A stretch of DNA of 61,676 nt, filler included, from Sphacelaria rigidula (taxonomy: Eukaryota): the NCBI GenBank assembly GCA_964200075.2. It is 10 parts of 10 records of this genome, joined end to end, with 100 filler letters (N's around TTAATTAATTAA, not from the genome) between each part and the next. Parts side by side here need not be neighbours in the genome. Positions count along the whole stretch, not along the records: positions 18,535 to 24,612 come from CAXNAA020022391.1; positions 24,713 to 30,790 come from CAXNAA020022392.1; positions 30,891 to 36,968 come from CAXNAA020022393.1; 7 more parts are not named here. One strand, given 5' to 3'. Below are positions 23,601 to 36,968 of this stretch, in pieces (positions within the stretch are counted from its first letter, which is position 1; each line of letters begins with the position of its first letter). The notes below the pieces were generated by a model. That model made no database searches and had not been told where the DNA came from. It saw only the letters and a list, made by a program, of their open reading frames with translations. Made by a program: the position numbers and the translations under genes.

Positions 23601-24935
23601 CGGAACAAGGCCGTGGAAGCAGACTGCGACTCAGCTATATTGGAACTGTACTCCTTAAGCAGAAGGTTTCACCCATGACCGATGCAGGAGTGGGACGCGA
23701 ACACTAGTATGGCATGAAGAAGACTATCATGGCGTGAAGAAAAAGCAAGAACTTAGACACAAGGAAGAGGAACCGCAACAGACAGCAAAACAAGGTGGTG
23801 AGGGAAGACACTTTCTACGATACCCTCCCCCCCCCCAAAGTAGCGGTAACGGTGCTCCGTCTCGAAAGGGATGCGTGGTCAATGGTCAAATGACTAATGC
23901 GAGCAACAAATGAGTACGCCCCCAAAGTAGCTGGTTTGGGAAGACAAGATCTACACGTGAATCGAAATAGAAAAAGCCGAGCACAATGAGCAGCTGGGAA
24001 TTCCCACGCTTGGGATCGGTTTCGCCAATGTCGCCCGTATAAGGCACTTCATGCGGCCTGAACGCAAACATCAGGCGCTGAATGGCCATTTTTTCCCGTG
24101 ACAGCTCTGAGCTGGTTTTGGGGAGGTGGTCTCATGAAAAGTCTCGGAAAAGGGAAAGGAGCAGGAGAGAAGAGACAAGATGGGCGAAAAAGTCTGTTTC
24201 CCCTACAACAACTCACTGACTAGCTTCAGGGTTCTACCAGCAGGGTTTATTATTCTATATGTATGATTGTAGTTGTTTTATCTGAGTGACAGGTGCGGGT
24301 CGAAAGCGGATGGTAAAATGAACGATAAACCCCCAAATAGCGCCCGATAAAAAGCTACAAATAATTTCACCCCCCATAGGATCTCCCCCCCCCCCGTCCG
24401 GCGGTCCCGCCTGGTCCGGCGAGAACCCGGCGTGCTCCGTCTTGGCTTTGTAGGGGCGGACCCCCGATGGGGTTGGCGTCGGTTGGCGTCGGTTGGCGAT
24501 GACGCTGTAAAACAAGCCACTTGAATGCTCCGTCTCGAAAGGGATGCGTGGTCAATGGTCAAACGACTAAGGCAAGCAACAAATGAGTAGGCGGGCCATA
24601 TATGCTCTGTTGNNNNNNNNNNNNNNNNNNNNNNNNNNNNNNNNNNNNNNNNNNNNTTAATTAATTAANNNNNNNNNNNNNNNNNNNNNNNNNNNNNNNN
24701 NNNNNNNNNNNNCTTCCCTGGACAATCAGCAGCCTGTGTCTGTCTGTTCTATTTGTGTTGGCCGCAAGCGCCTTGTTTTAAACATCAAACCATTGTCTTC
24801 TGCTCTGAAGTACTGCGGTACTTCTGCATCCAAGCTTCTAGTCTCCTGGATCCGGCTACCGTCGGTGGAGTTAAGCCTCTGATCCCGCGTGCAAGGATAC
24901 CCACACAACTATATCCCCAATAAGTGATCCTCAAC

Positions 24936-25321
24936 TAGAGCCCGGAAATGGTTCGTCTAACCATTAACCAGTTGAATGGTGACGCGTAGCGCACTCATTA
25001 ACCAATTAAACAGTACATAATGGTTTGGTCATCGAGCGGCGCCGCCGCGAGCCAAAAAGCCCCCCCGGTAGAGGGGACCCCCCCGGAGGCACCCCCAGAG
25101 GACCCCGCCGTGCGGGAGCCACGTCTTTACACGATTTGGCTTCACGAGAGCTGAAAATACATTCAATTTGGGCCAATTTCCAAGGGCTGTATGTAGTATA
25201 TGTAGCCGGTAACGGTGAATGATGGTTTGAAACCATTATCCCAAATTTTCATACAACCATTACCATTTTTACCATTATAATGATGATGGCCAGTTATAAC
25301 TGGTACCATTTCCGAGCTCTA
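24936..25321 (+). mobile_element. hAT-type MITE inserted in the Gypsy 3' LTR
   Basis: TIRs tagagcccggaaatgg / ccatttccgagctcta; 8-bp TSD tcctcaac/tcctcagc; the other LTR shows the single empty site gtgatcctcaacagatc. Confidence 0.9.
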
Positions 25322-25460
25322 TCCTCAGCAGATCACGAGCAAGGCAGCAAGGGGCCACAGAGGAAAGGGCGATCAATCCACAATCCCCTGCCCCCTACCG
25401 CTGCTCCAATCATGCATGCGATTATACTGAAACCTTACGGCTTGGTATCATTTGGCTACA
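25322..25460 (-). repeat. Gypsy 3' LTR (alignable part)
   Basis: Begins TGTAGCCAAATG after the purine-rich gagggtag; direct repeat of 29597-29739. Confidence 0.8.
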
Positions 25461-25579
25461 CTACCCTCAAGGCAAGTTCAAAACAAACGAAAGAGCCTGA
25501 CAACCAACAAAAACCAAGGCGGAATCGCATGCACCAGATCACAAAGGAATAGCATACTCCGACGCTAATTTTCTTGTCA

Positions 25580-28500
25580 GTGCCCGAGTCAACCTTAACA
25601 AATCTAGGCGCAAAAGAACGAATCTTGCGAAGAGACTCCCACGTACGTTCTTCACCACCGAACCCATCCCAGTCGATCAAAACTATGAAATCACCATTGC
25701 CACCCTCAGCGACGTGCACCAAAGCATTCATCCAACATTCACCTTGAGCACACGAATGCTGAAATACATCTTTTAGTTCCGCAGTAATGTGCAACTGCGA
25801 GTCAGCGTAGAAACACAAATGAGCGACATGGGCCGAGTGTACGGCGCCAGAAACAATGTTCTGCACCGAATACAGGTGGGTGTGATCGGCTCCGACCACT
25901 CGCCACGGACCTGTCCATGGGGACATCAACCTGGGCGTCACACCTTGCCTACGAATACGGGCACAAAAGACGAAATTTCCAACTGCAAACTTGGGCAACA
26001 CAGCCTGGCCCTGAGCAAGCTTGCGCTTGGTTTCGCGAGACATCGTGATAGCAGCTTGCACTTCGTTACGAAACCGCACTTGCTCGTCAACCGCGCCTCG
26101 AACCGTGTCACGCAACGTATCAGCATCCATGAAATCGACGTTCCACTCGCCGCCAGTGACAGGAGCCAACGCGGAAAACGCTGTACGCGGCTCTCGCCCA
26201 AAAATCACACGATATGGAGTGTTACGGTGGCGTGGATGAAAAAAAGTATTCAACGCCGACTGAGCGGCTGGCAAAACATCAACTCATTCAGACACCGGCC
26301 GTGTTTGTGTTAACAAAATGGACCGCAACGCACGAACAACCCCTTTCACCATGCCTTCTCAAGCATAATTCGACCAAGGGGTATACGCAACAGCAAATTG
26401 GTGTTGCACCTTGAGCGCGTCGCTCAGCTGCGCGATTAGTCGATTCTTGAAGAGCGTGGCGATATCACTAACCCACACACGCGACACCCCCGAAGTCTTA
26501 CACCAACGCATCAAGTGCTTAGCAGTAACCTCGGCGGTGCAAGCCTCGGTCGGCTTCAACCAAACGAAATTGGACAAATCATTCATGATGACCGAAACGT
26601 ACCGAAAACCATCCTCATCAGGCAAATCATTAGCACCTTCAGGTCCGCTACTTCCGAGGTACAGAAAATCAAAGTGAACAACTTCACCTGGCGCAGTACT
26701 GTTCACAGCATCGCCATGCGGACGAGGTACAATCGCACCAGCACGAGTGTCTGCACAATGCAAACACTGGCGAACGAACTCGCGGACGTGGGAATTCATG
26801 TGAGGCCACACATAGTATTCTTTGCAAATGAAACAGAGTCGGCGCCACACCACGGTGACCGGCCGACCGCTTGTGAGCGCACACCGTCAAGCGAGTTTGT
26901 AGAGCCTCATCATCCGACGGAATCCACCAAGCATCACTACTGCTAACACGCACGCGAAACAAACCGTCGTCAGCCAAGGCAGCTTAACCGAAAGTCGCAG
27001 GAAAAGAATGAACACCATCGCCGACTGTTTTGCGCTGCGCGGTACGAATGACATCTCACGAGGGCAGCGAATCATCGGCATCATACGGGCTGTACACGGC
27101 ACCAGAACGAACAGGCATGGTAGGAACCGTCACCCAGCGAGACAACAAATCTCCTCAACAATTGTGCCCTCCAGGAATGTGTTCAATGCCAAACCGATAT
27201 TGGCCGAGCACTCCTTTCCAATTTTCACGCCGTGGCGCCATGGCCTTCGTCACCGATGCGACACACTCTTCGGGATTGAAAATGTATTTCAGATCGTTAT
27301 GATCGGTGAAAATGCGAACACCACCCCAAAGAGAGTACTCTAGCCTTCGAAATGTATCGACTACCGCCAAACCTTCTTTGTCCACCGTCGCCCACCGCAA
27401 CTGTTAGCTCTTGAAGCTACCACTCAGAAAAGCCAACAGTTCGTGTGACATATTTTCAAGCGCAATCCCACCACTGAAGTCGGCGACAGGCACTCGGTAA
27501 AAAAAACTACCCCGGTGGAAGTCCGAAGCATCTGGAAACATCAGAACAACGCACCCTGGACGAGGATGATAGAGCGGCACCGCTTGCGCCACCAAATCTT
27601 GCGCAGCACGCCGTGCCCGCACACGATCCTCCGTCCAAGCGTTCTTCGGGATGATACGATTACGCGCCGCCCGCTTGGTCCGATGCGAAGCCCCTACCAT
27701 AAGCTGTTCCTAAAACACACGAAACGGCGCCACTACTTCCGCCATGCGCGGGAGCGAAGTTCGCAACCAATTCACCGCGTGCAGAAACTGCATCAGCTCA
27801 CTAGCGATTTGAGGACGTCGCATATTGCTCGAACCTTGGATGCGGACGGGATCATGCGAGACAGTAACCCCGGAGTACATCGAACCACACCAGACCACTT
27901 CGCGGGCAAAGAAGGTGCACTTGTGCGCAGCAGCGACGAGCAGACCAACACTCTCCAGGCGGCCAAGAATTTCGTCAAGCAAAGCTAACAATGATTCTTC
28001 GGTTTTAGCTCAATAGAAAACGTCATCCACCCACACTTGATAGTTTTGACCTCGCAAACCAGTCAGTCAGCACACCTTGGAAACATGCCGTGGCATTTAA
28101 CACGCCCTGTGGGACACGAGTAGGCGTAAACAAACCGTCAGGCGTGACGATCGTGAAGATCTCCTGAGCCTCTGGCGCCAGAGGCATCTCTCTGCCGATA
28201 CCCCTTGAGCAGGTCCAACTTGCCGAAGCATTGGACTCCCAGCAACTCCCGCATGTCTTCTTGGCTTGGCACCACCCCCGGAGACTGTTCCACTTGCGCG
28301 TTCACCGCCTGGTAGTCGCTGACCGAACGGAATGTGCCCCGCTTCGGCACCGCCATCGCCGGACTCGCCCACACAGCCTGAATGTTCCTCACCCACAAAC
28401 CGAAGGCCACCAAAGCTGCGGTGCATGAAGCAAGCCACCCAGTCTTCACCGGGTCGTGACGGCGAGGCTTGGCCTTCACAGCCTTCGCCTGTGGCTTGAG

Positions 28501-29200
28501 GGGCACCCTCATTGGCTCCACGCGCGCTGGCGGGTCACCACGCAGCGCACGACGAAATGTATTCACGCGACAAGCCAAAACATCACGCAGACAATATGCG
28601 CCATTAGCGCCCAGGCCCCTCTGCTCGGCCTGCTGCACGCTTTCGTCTAGCGCACGTTCTCGGGCACCTCTCTCCTCCGCAGGGTCCATAGACATGTCGG
28701 GCCCCCGATCGACCAAGCGCTCCACCGCTGCGTCGGCAGGAGCCTCCTCCTCATTGGCTCTCTGGGACGACGGTGTGGATACGGCGACACGCCTCGCAGC
28801 AAGATAGCTGGGATTTTCCACGCCATTTTGCACCGGCACAGCTCGCGGGCGTAACTTCTCCAACGCCAGCGGATACAAATCGATCCCGAGCTCCTTCATC
28901 GTCACCACCCCAAACAGAATCACGTTATCCCTGCCGGGCATGACAGCGGAAGTGATGGGCGGCAACTCCACAGCCCCCCACGGCGTACGCACGCTAACAG
29001 AAATCGACACCGTTTTTATGAGTAACCGTCACGGGAGTACTCGTGGCGGTCTGCGCCGTTTACGGTCCGTTTTCGAACGGGAGCTGCAGCTTGGCGCCGC
29101 CAAACTGCTAAGACATTTGTTCCAGCAACCCCACACCGATCGACGTGAGCGCGGACCCAGAATCCAGAACAACGCGTGCCATGAACGAACCTACGGAACA
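25580..29200 (-). pseudogene. Gypsy pol pseudogene (PR-RT-RH-IN-chromodomain)
   Basis: Domains split across ORFs 29108-29356, 28138-29010, 27710-27991, 27404-27700, 27155-27400, 26684-26977, 26359-26853, 25456-26274. Confidence 0.9.
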
Positions 29201-29596
29201 ACGCAAGGATAAATGTGCGCGTAAACAATCTGCGTTGCGATCGACAGGCACCACACCTGCCGAAGAACCCTGGTCGGTGCCAAGAGTCACCTGACGCCAG
29301 AGGTGCGCTCCAGTACTTGGCATCGATATATGAGAATCGGCGGTCCTCCAGCCCACGTAGTGTCCTTCCGCGATGTGCGCTTCAAGTTGGTCTCTTTCCC
29401 CCTGCGGGCCAAACTGCTTCCAGCTGCGGCCCCTTTTCCTCAGCCAAACTCCTCCAACAGAGTGCCGAGAATAATATGTGGATATTATGGCCTCTGCCAG
29501 ACGATCTGGGCAACAGGGTTTTTAACGAGGGAGTCCTCCAGTATCACTGGCCTCGTGCTCGACAAGTCCTTTCTTGTCGCTTGTTATTATCACGGA

Positions 29597-29739
29597 GTGA
29601 TCCTCAACAGATCACGAGCCAGACAGCAAGAGGCCACAGAGAAAAGGGCGATCAATCCAGGATCCCTTGTCCCCTGCCACTGCTCCAATCATGCATGCGA
29701 TTACACCGAAATCGTACGGCTTGATATCATTTGGCTACA
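29597..29739 (-). repeat. Gypsy 5' LTR (alignable part)
   Basis: Diverged direct repeat of 25322-25460 (gggcgatcaatcca...gctccaatcatgcatgcgatta...tatcatttggctaca). Confidence 0.8.
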
Positions 29740-30731
29740 TTTTACACCGATTTCACAGCCATATCGGAAGGAAGCGCAGCCTGGCAGCGCGTCTATTGAG
29801 AGTACCTCATACTACCACCTGCAGTACTTTCTGTTGCTCTGCAGTAGCCTACACAGTAGAAACGTCTCTGGTCTCGCTCATGCTGATAGCTGCTTGTCCA
29901 GGTGCCATCAGTTTATCAGAGCAAACAAGCGAACGGAAGAAAAAACATGAGCAATACCAGCTGAAAGCATTCCTCAAGTTATCGATGACTGTTACCGCGG
30001 AACAGTCTGCCCCTCACTACCACGAAAGCTCCGTGTTGCAAACCCCCGATCGCTGCTGTTTCTCATTCGACTGTTTCTTACCAGTATCTTGTATGCCAAT
30101 TTCGGCTGCATTTCTCACAAGGAATTTGTCGTCTTCTGTCGGAAAGCGACCCTCATTTTCTTCACATCATTTTTCTAAGCTGCGAGCGCCCTCTGCACCG
30201 TCCTGTCGGCATACACCGGTGGAGATGAGCTCCGTGACGAAACCCCCTCCGGAGCAGAGATTCCAAGACTGCTCGTTCCGGATTGGGACGGCTTTACCCG
30301 GAGAAATCCGCGGATTGCAAAAGTTGGAGGATATCCCGATACTCGCAGCGTGAAATGACTGACGGATTGGAATTAGAATCAAGGGAGGATATCCTCCGAC
30401 GCTCCCTGAAATATATGTGCCTGCGTTCGGTGGATGTTTCAGAGCCCTGAACCACGTCTCACTTGCATAAGCCATCACAGTACCATTGGCTCACCCAGCC
30501 ACCGGTCCTAAAGAGACGCGCAAGAGAACAAGATCGGTTTGTCCCGCGCCAAAAGGAAACCTAGCTACATCCAACTACGCAAGACGTCACTCTCAAGCCG
30601 AGACACTAGCGGTGATGCGTTCCGTCGTTAACAGCATGATGGCCTACTCTCATCTGTCCCTGCTTGCTCCGTCTCGCAAAGGATGCGTGGTCAAATGGTC
30701 AAAGGACGAAGACAAGCAACAAATGAGTACG

Positions 30732-30768
<37 letters not shown>

Positions 30769-32708
30769 AGCACCTCCGCCTCACTAGCACNNNNNNNNNN
30801 NNNNNNNNNNNNNNNNNNNNNNNNNNNNNNNNNNTTAATTAATTAANNNNNNNNNNNNNNNNNNNNNNNNNNNNNNNNNNNNNNNNNNNNCCCCAAGCGT
30901 CAAACCACCAAGGCAAGCAACAAATGGTTACGCTCCCCCCCCCCCTCCCCCCCCCTTCCAGAGGCGGTCGAGAATGAAGAAACTCGAAAAATGGTGTCCA
31001 AAACCCTTTTTCTTCCTGTTTCTTCGCCAGAATACGGGATTGAACGGTGACTTCACCACCACGATGCTGGCCTGTACCTGAGCAGCCCAAAACCGAGGAG
31101 TTTGGGCATATCAGTTGTTCTAACGGCCGCAGGGAAGAGAACTTGGTCGTTGGATGATGACTTCAGAGTCAAGGTGACCGCTGGAAAATGACTTAAGGGT
31201 AGGTGTTATAGTACTGAGGCCGCAATACTGGAGAGGGCCGTGCACTCAAGATGTGAACACGATGATGTTCTATTTGTCGATCAAGGAAAGTGTACCACGA
31301 GTTGTACGTGTTGCTGGGTGACACCGGAGGTATACACTACTATAGTATACTTTGACTTTACTGTGTAATTGCAACCGGCATAAAATTGTTCTGACAGTAC
31401 TCCAATGGTATCAACCAATTGTAGATGATCCAAGGATGATCACCTGGTGCCCGCGTAGGTAGTGCCCGTGTTCGGACAGCTGTGTCGAGGGGTAATCTCT
31501 AAATGTCGACGTACTGCACAGCGACACAGATGGAAGCGATAAATGAGAATCTCGTGAAGATGATATCGCTGAAGAAACCAGTCAACGAGTCAAAGTTCTG
31601 TACTCTTCACTAATGCTGGTAAAATCTGTTCCAACAAATGCGGGTCTTACAACAACCACGGCTACGTTTCCAGAACGTTTGACGGATTTTTGTGTCGTGC
31701 CGCGTGCTGTCGAGTCGATTATTACGAGAGGATGACGTTCCCACAAATAATAAACGAGAATTGAACGTAGCATACACAATCCTATCACCTGCCGTGCAAC
31801 CGCAGCATATACAACCTGTACGGAAGACTGGCACAAGCCGGGAAAAGCCGTTCATGCACGTACTGTACAGTACAGTACCTACTATCGTCATTACCCATCT
31901 GATCAGGGGGTACCCACCCCTCCAAAATGGGGTACCCCTCACCCCTCCCCCTCGCCCGTCGCCAAGAATGAGGTTTTCGGGAATCGGGGGCGGTGTATAA
32001 CGTATTCCACTCTGTGAGGCTTTTTTTTTCTGTCCCTTCTTTTTTTTCTCCGAGCGTTTTTCAGTTTCGTTTTTCTTGGGTACGTCTATCATGAGATCAC
32101 GGCTGGACCCCTGGGGGGTCAGTTAAAGTGCGACAATCAATCAATTAATCAAAAAAGGCCCCTTGTTACGAACGCCCTCAGCCTGCCAGTAGCGGAGTAT
32201 GGCCTATTCGTCTTTACAGCGAGGACTCCACTCCAAGTCGGTATAGTGCAAGCAAAAAACGAGTGATGGGACCCCCGCTTCGATGCTAATTGGACCATAC
32301 GTATCGGGAGAATAATGTCGCAAGTCGATTTCCACCGCCGCAATGCTGGCGGCAATTGTACCATCGTGCCACGGAGGTCTTCAATTAAACGGTACAACTG
32401 ACAACGTTAGGGTGGAAAGAATGCGAGTTCTCTTCCCGCCAGAAGTGTTTATGATTTTTTTCTCGAAAAATTATCTGATATCCGTCGTCGTTGAAAGCAT
32501 GAGGACGTGATGTACACAAAAAATACTCTTTTCTCTTACCCAACAGAGTTTGTTTGACGAGAGCCGGTGCGGTGCGGGAGTGTTGATCTACAACTCCGCG
32601 AGACCAAAATTCACGGCGTGTACTGGGGGGAGAGCGATGGGTTGATGTCTTGACACCACGGATGCGTCCCGAGGAAGGGGGGACGGTAAAAACGCAGCTC
32701 AAAAGTAT

Positions 32709-32814
32709 CACACCCTGTATATTGTCGATAGTTAGTTGCAATAGGCCTATACTGTATGCGGTACATGCTTCTTCTATTGCAACTAATTATTGACAATATA
32801 TCGTCCAAGGTGTG
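32709..32814. mobile_element. 106-bp mini copy of the CACACCCTGG TIR family
   Basis: cacaccctgtatattgtc ... gacaatatatcgtccaaggtgtg; flanks aaaagtat / aaaaaata(t), degenerate. Confidence 0.65.
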
Positions 32815-33581
32815 AAAAAATATTTAAAATGCGGAACCCATCTTGAGAAACGACTGTCTTGGAGTGCGGGAACTACCATCCTGAGGTTCCCCCCCCCGAG
32901 TACGCCCCCCCTCCCCCAAGTTTGTACTGTTGTTGTTGGTCGTAATGGTGCTTACCTCCATCCAGGTCAAGTGAAGTCTTCATGTATAGTACATGTACAT
33001 ATTTGTAATCGGGTATGATTGGTCGTCGTATCATATGTCGTACACCACGAATCCAGTCGTGGTTAGAAGGTGGAACGGGACCCTCACCGGGGAAAGTTGA
33101 GAATGATGTGCAGTTGAAAGGAAAAGGGGGAGACACAAAACACAGGAAGGTGAGATCGAGGGAAACAGCTACAACAGCAGCAATGGCAGGCCCCTGCCGC
33201 GTGGCTTCTGGTAGTGAAGAGGCCGTGCCAGAACAAAAGCAGAACGAAACGAAGCGAACAGGGTCGTGAAAGCAGGTGGTAACTCACCTATCTGGGGACC
33301 ACACGATTTGGGCAGGAGCTCTTTCCCATGAGCTTCGCGGGAGCGCGATATCAACACAAGACGGAACTATTACAGAATAGTATCTAGTATTACCGAATGA
33401 GGGAATCCAACTAAGGAACGCATCTCACGAGCGTTGGGACTGGGTGGACGAGGTAGCTGCTGCGTCAACTTTTCACTTCTATCCGCACTTGCAAGGACTC
33501 CCAGCCGTAGCTTAGTCATGGCGGACTAGGGCCGTCACACTACACATGTAATAGCAAAAAGCGATACCTCCCAGTGAAGCC

Positions 33582-36500
33582 CTATGGATGAGCTGTAGCT
33601 ACGCCCTGCTTCTCGGCCCGCTGAAGTCTTAACATTCCCGCCTATAGTTTCAATTTTGGCGGGCGGCGGTGCAGCTCGGATGTGCCCTAACGCGAATACA
33701 AGCCAACTTCTGCTCAGCAATATTGACGTCACTCCTCGTCGCGATACATGTTTCGACCTCGGAAAGAAAGCTTGTTCAGGTCTACAGACGTAAACAACAA
33801 GTGCACGGACCAAGGGCACCCACCCCCCCCCCCCCTCCCCACGCGAAAGACCGTTAATCCAAATATGACCCAATGAAGAATGTCGAAAAATGAACCCCCG
33901 GCCTCTGTTCGTCTACCCCTCATCAACGGGAATCGCGGGTGAATTTTCGGATATTTTGGGCAATCAAAACATTGACCCGCGCGATTGTATATCACGTCAC
34001 CTCTCGTGGAGTAGACCCGCTGTGGGCAGGTGGCAGCTCCCCAGATGCAAAGCTTGTCGACCGGGAGTACATTGTCGACGCTGAAAACCGTCTTTTCATC
34101 ACCCCAGCATCGCGATGTCCCGCCGGCTTGCCCTCGCTGCAAGCACCGGTGCAGTCATCGCCGTCACCATTATTGCTTTTTTCGTCGTGGCTCTTCTGCC
34201 GAAGGGCTAGCTGTGTTAAGGGTGCCACCACTATCCGCAGTGACCTCGAGGAGGCAGTGCTGCGCATCATTTTATCCTCCGTTGTTTTCACTGATGCACT
34301 CGAAGTCGTCCTTGTCATCGTCGTAGTAGTTGTTGTTTCGGTGGCGACAAGCGCGGCACGCTGGACAACAGGTGAGTGCATATCCTTGAGGTCTGTATGC
34401 GTACAGGGGATCGATCAAACCATTCAGGTGTCGGAACAAAGACAACGGGGGCGCGAGTGTCAGCTCTGGTCGGCAGTCGGCGGTTCATACAATATTTAGT
34501 GGTTTTCATAATGCCGATGCCGTTGCCACCATGCACTCCCTCGGGAACAAGCTGATGATCATCTGCACCAAAGAAACAAGGACGCCTACCTTGCATGCGA
34601 GTATTCCGACGATGTTGCAGAAGGCGCGCGGCCGAAAAGGGGTGAGGTTTCATAGCAAGCGCAGTATGTGTCTCGGCAGCGCACGTGTCTATCGCAACGC
34701 TTCATGATGCACATGTGTGAGAGGCGGGGAGAGCGGAGAGCGAGCAACGAGACAAAATGCAGATGTTGGCGCCCTTCGCGCCAGCGGTTTTATGTTGTCA
34801 TTCGGCGTCACCACGCGTAGAAAACATAGAGGAACGCCCGGAGAAAAAATATACTTTACAAAAACTGTCAGAGAGACAGGCGATGGTTCATCTTGAGGCG
34901 CACGGGGCCTGCACCGGGGGTAGTGGCTACACAGCACGAGTTCTAACAGAAACGCTCCAAGTAGAAAACGGACGGCGATGGCAGAGCGTGTGGATGGTAA
35001 GACGACTAGAGAGCAGTTTTTGTGCATGAGCATCATGCGTGGTCGTGTGTACAATCTGTCTCCTGTATACTACCATGTGTACCTGCGTGCGTGAGCCTTG
35101 GCATTCAGATCTTACCTTGCATGAGCAGTCCGTCGTCCAAGGGAGCTCGCCGCAGCAGCAGCCACCAGCTGTCGAGTGGAATCACGCAACTGTCTGCGTA
35201 GTGCAGTGCAAATCAAGCCTTGAAAGGAAGTCTGACTTTGTACACCTTTCAAGCTGAGACTGACTTTGTCAAATTGTAGCCGGAAAGTGCTGTAGAAGGG
35301 GTGGGCGTTGTGTCCTGGTCAGGGGGCCGTCATACAGTAAATTGGGAGATAACTGATGTCCGAGACAGGAACACCAGCAAATAACAGCCGTATAACGCAG
35401 ATGGTCTGCCGCTCGGTCTTTCAAGTTTTTTCCCGAAGATCGACAATCAGAACATGATTGGCATACACCCTAAAGTTGTCAAGTGACTCCACCACGAGGA
35501 TGCTACCCTGTTGACACTCACATAAGAATAATAAGACAAAACGGTACATAATTCACTCCTGGCTCTCAGTTCACTGCTGACTTGGTGTGGTTGCTGGCGT
35601 TCGAAATCGCGGTACGAAGCGACACTCACTACTGCGGAGAATGGAGTACTGTACTGTGAAGCGGCACATCATCATGCGAGTTGGCATCCAAGCGTGCGAT
35701 TTGTAGGTCAAGTTTCCACCAGAAGACGTCTACACACACGAGGTCATACGCAAGCAGCAGGGTAAATAGTTGTCCACCGTCGAAACGAGAAGAACTTGCT
35801 TCGGCGGCTGTAGACCACGAGGGACCGGATGATATGTAAACTGTCGCCAGTGGATATTCAGGGAGTGCGCGTCACCGACGGACCCGCGACATGTGATAAT
35901 TGCGCCGCACATTCGACCGTTTCTCTTCTTGCGAGCTCAAACCTGTACCGTAAATTCGACGGCACAGCCATGATCTCTGCTATGTTTTTTTCTTCAAAAT
36001 ACACCACAGCAGCAAAAGGCAACCTGCGTGCACCCTGTAGCAGCGCAGCAACGCAGGTAATGCGCATACTTGCTGCCAACAATGAAACAAGGAAACGCTT
36101 CTCAAGATGGTGGTATCCCGAATGCAGCATCTTCGGTGGGAAAGATGCAAAAAGCCCCCGTCCCGTTCGTGGATATTAATTCCTTGTCATATTTCGCACT
36201 GTCCAATTATAGGACGAGAACAAGCACAACAAGCGAGAGAGTCAAGAACCACAACTTCCACGGTAAATATCCTGCCGAAAGTTGCCTCATAAGGTGCATT
36301 GCGGCTCATCCCCTCTCTCCACCGCCCCATGCGCTGCCACAGAGCAACTGATTATTATGGCGCGAAAATCCATTTATTTGCCATGTATTTCTTTGTGATC
36401 AATTTTGCCTAATCCTTTGCAAGGACCCGCGGTCCGAAAATACCTCAGGTATTCGTACATGAGTGCAAAATTATAGCGTGGAAAATCGATACTTGACTTG

Positions 36501-36657
36501 TATATTGTATAGTAGTGCGATTTATACTCTGCAGTAGCGCAGAACGACAAAATACAGGATAGTTCATTGCAGTTGGTACTGTACGTGCTCTTTCGTACCA
36601 CATGAAATTTGAAGCCGGCCAGCTGACACCGAGGAAGTACGAGTATTTGAAGAGAGA
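33582..36657 (-). CDS. Putative multi-exon gene of unknown function, 3' part (exons 36599-36657, 35884-36023, 35630-35729, 35116-35168, 34001-34392, 33582-33641)
   Basis: Six AG/GT-bounded segments join in compatible phases into one stop-free frame (SLFKYSYFLGVSWPASNFMWLPFAAVVYFEEKN...DVFWWKLDLQIARL...YWWLLLRRAPLDDGLLMQDLKDMHSPVV...AHP*); strong donors gtaaga and gtgagt, one weak donor gtccgt; no family recognised. Confidence 0.45.
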
Positions 36658-36902
36658 CTAGCTTCCTCGGGTCAGCGACTCAATAGATCAATACAAGAGC
36701 ATCTTAGTACGATAAAGAAGTGAAGATGACCTGATCGAGAATAGAACTTTCGGTACAGCTAGCACGCGAAATAAGAGCAGTGTTTGTTCCTTCAACAACT
36801 TTGCTATTTTCGGAACGGTCAAGCCATGCCGCGACGACTCAACTCGTCTCGTTTATGTCGGCATTACTGCCATCTTCGTGAGTTGTGCTCATTTTCGTAA
36901 CG

Positions 36903-36968
36903 AGTGATGCTACGGTAGGGGTACAGAAATAATTTCTGAGATTATAATTGTTAGGAGCCCCTTATCTC
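36903..36968 (-). mobile_element. AG...CT MITE end, truncated by contig end
   Basis: agtgatgctacggtaggggtaca...ttaggagccccttatctc is the reverse complement of the right end of 3218-3476. Confidence 0.75.

Larger units (their letters stand above)
24925..29739 (-). mobile_element. Decayed Ty3/Gypsy (chromovirus-type) LTR retrotransposon
   Basis: Order on minus strand: protease (VVLDSGSALTSI) - RT (WASP...DYQAVN...KLDLLKGY, VWVDDV) - RNase H (DAS...KEGLAVV...FTDH) - integrase (GHRG...CLHC, HFDF, VSD, PWSN) - GPW - chromodomain (IDWDGFGGEERTWESL); many frameshifts and stops; flanked by direct repeats starting TGTAGCC. Distal end of the 3' LTR uncertain. Confidence 0.93.
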
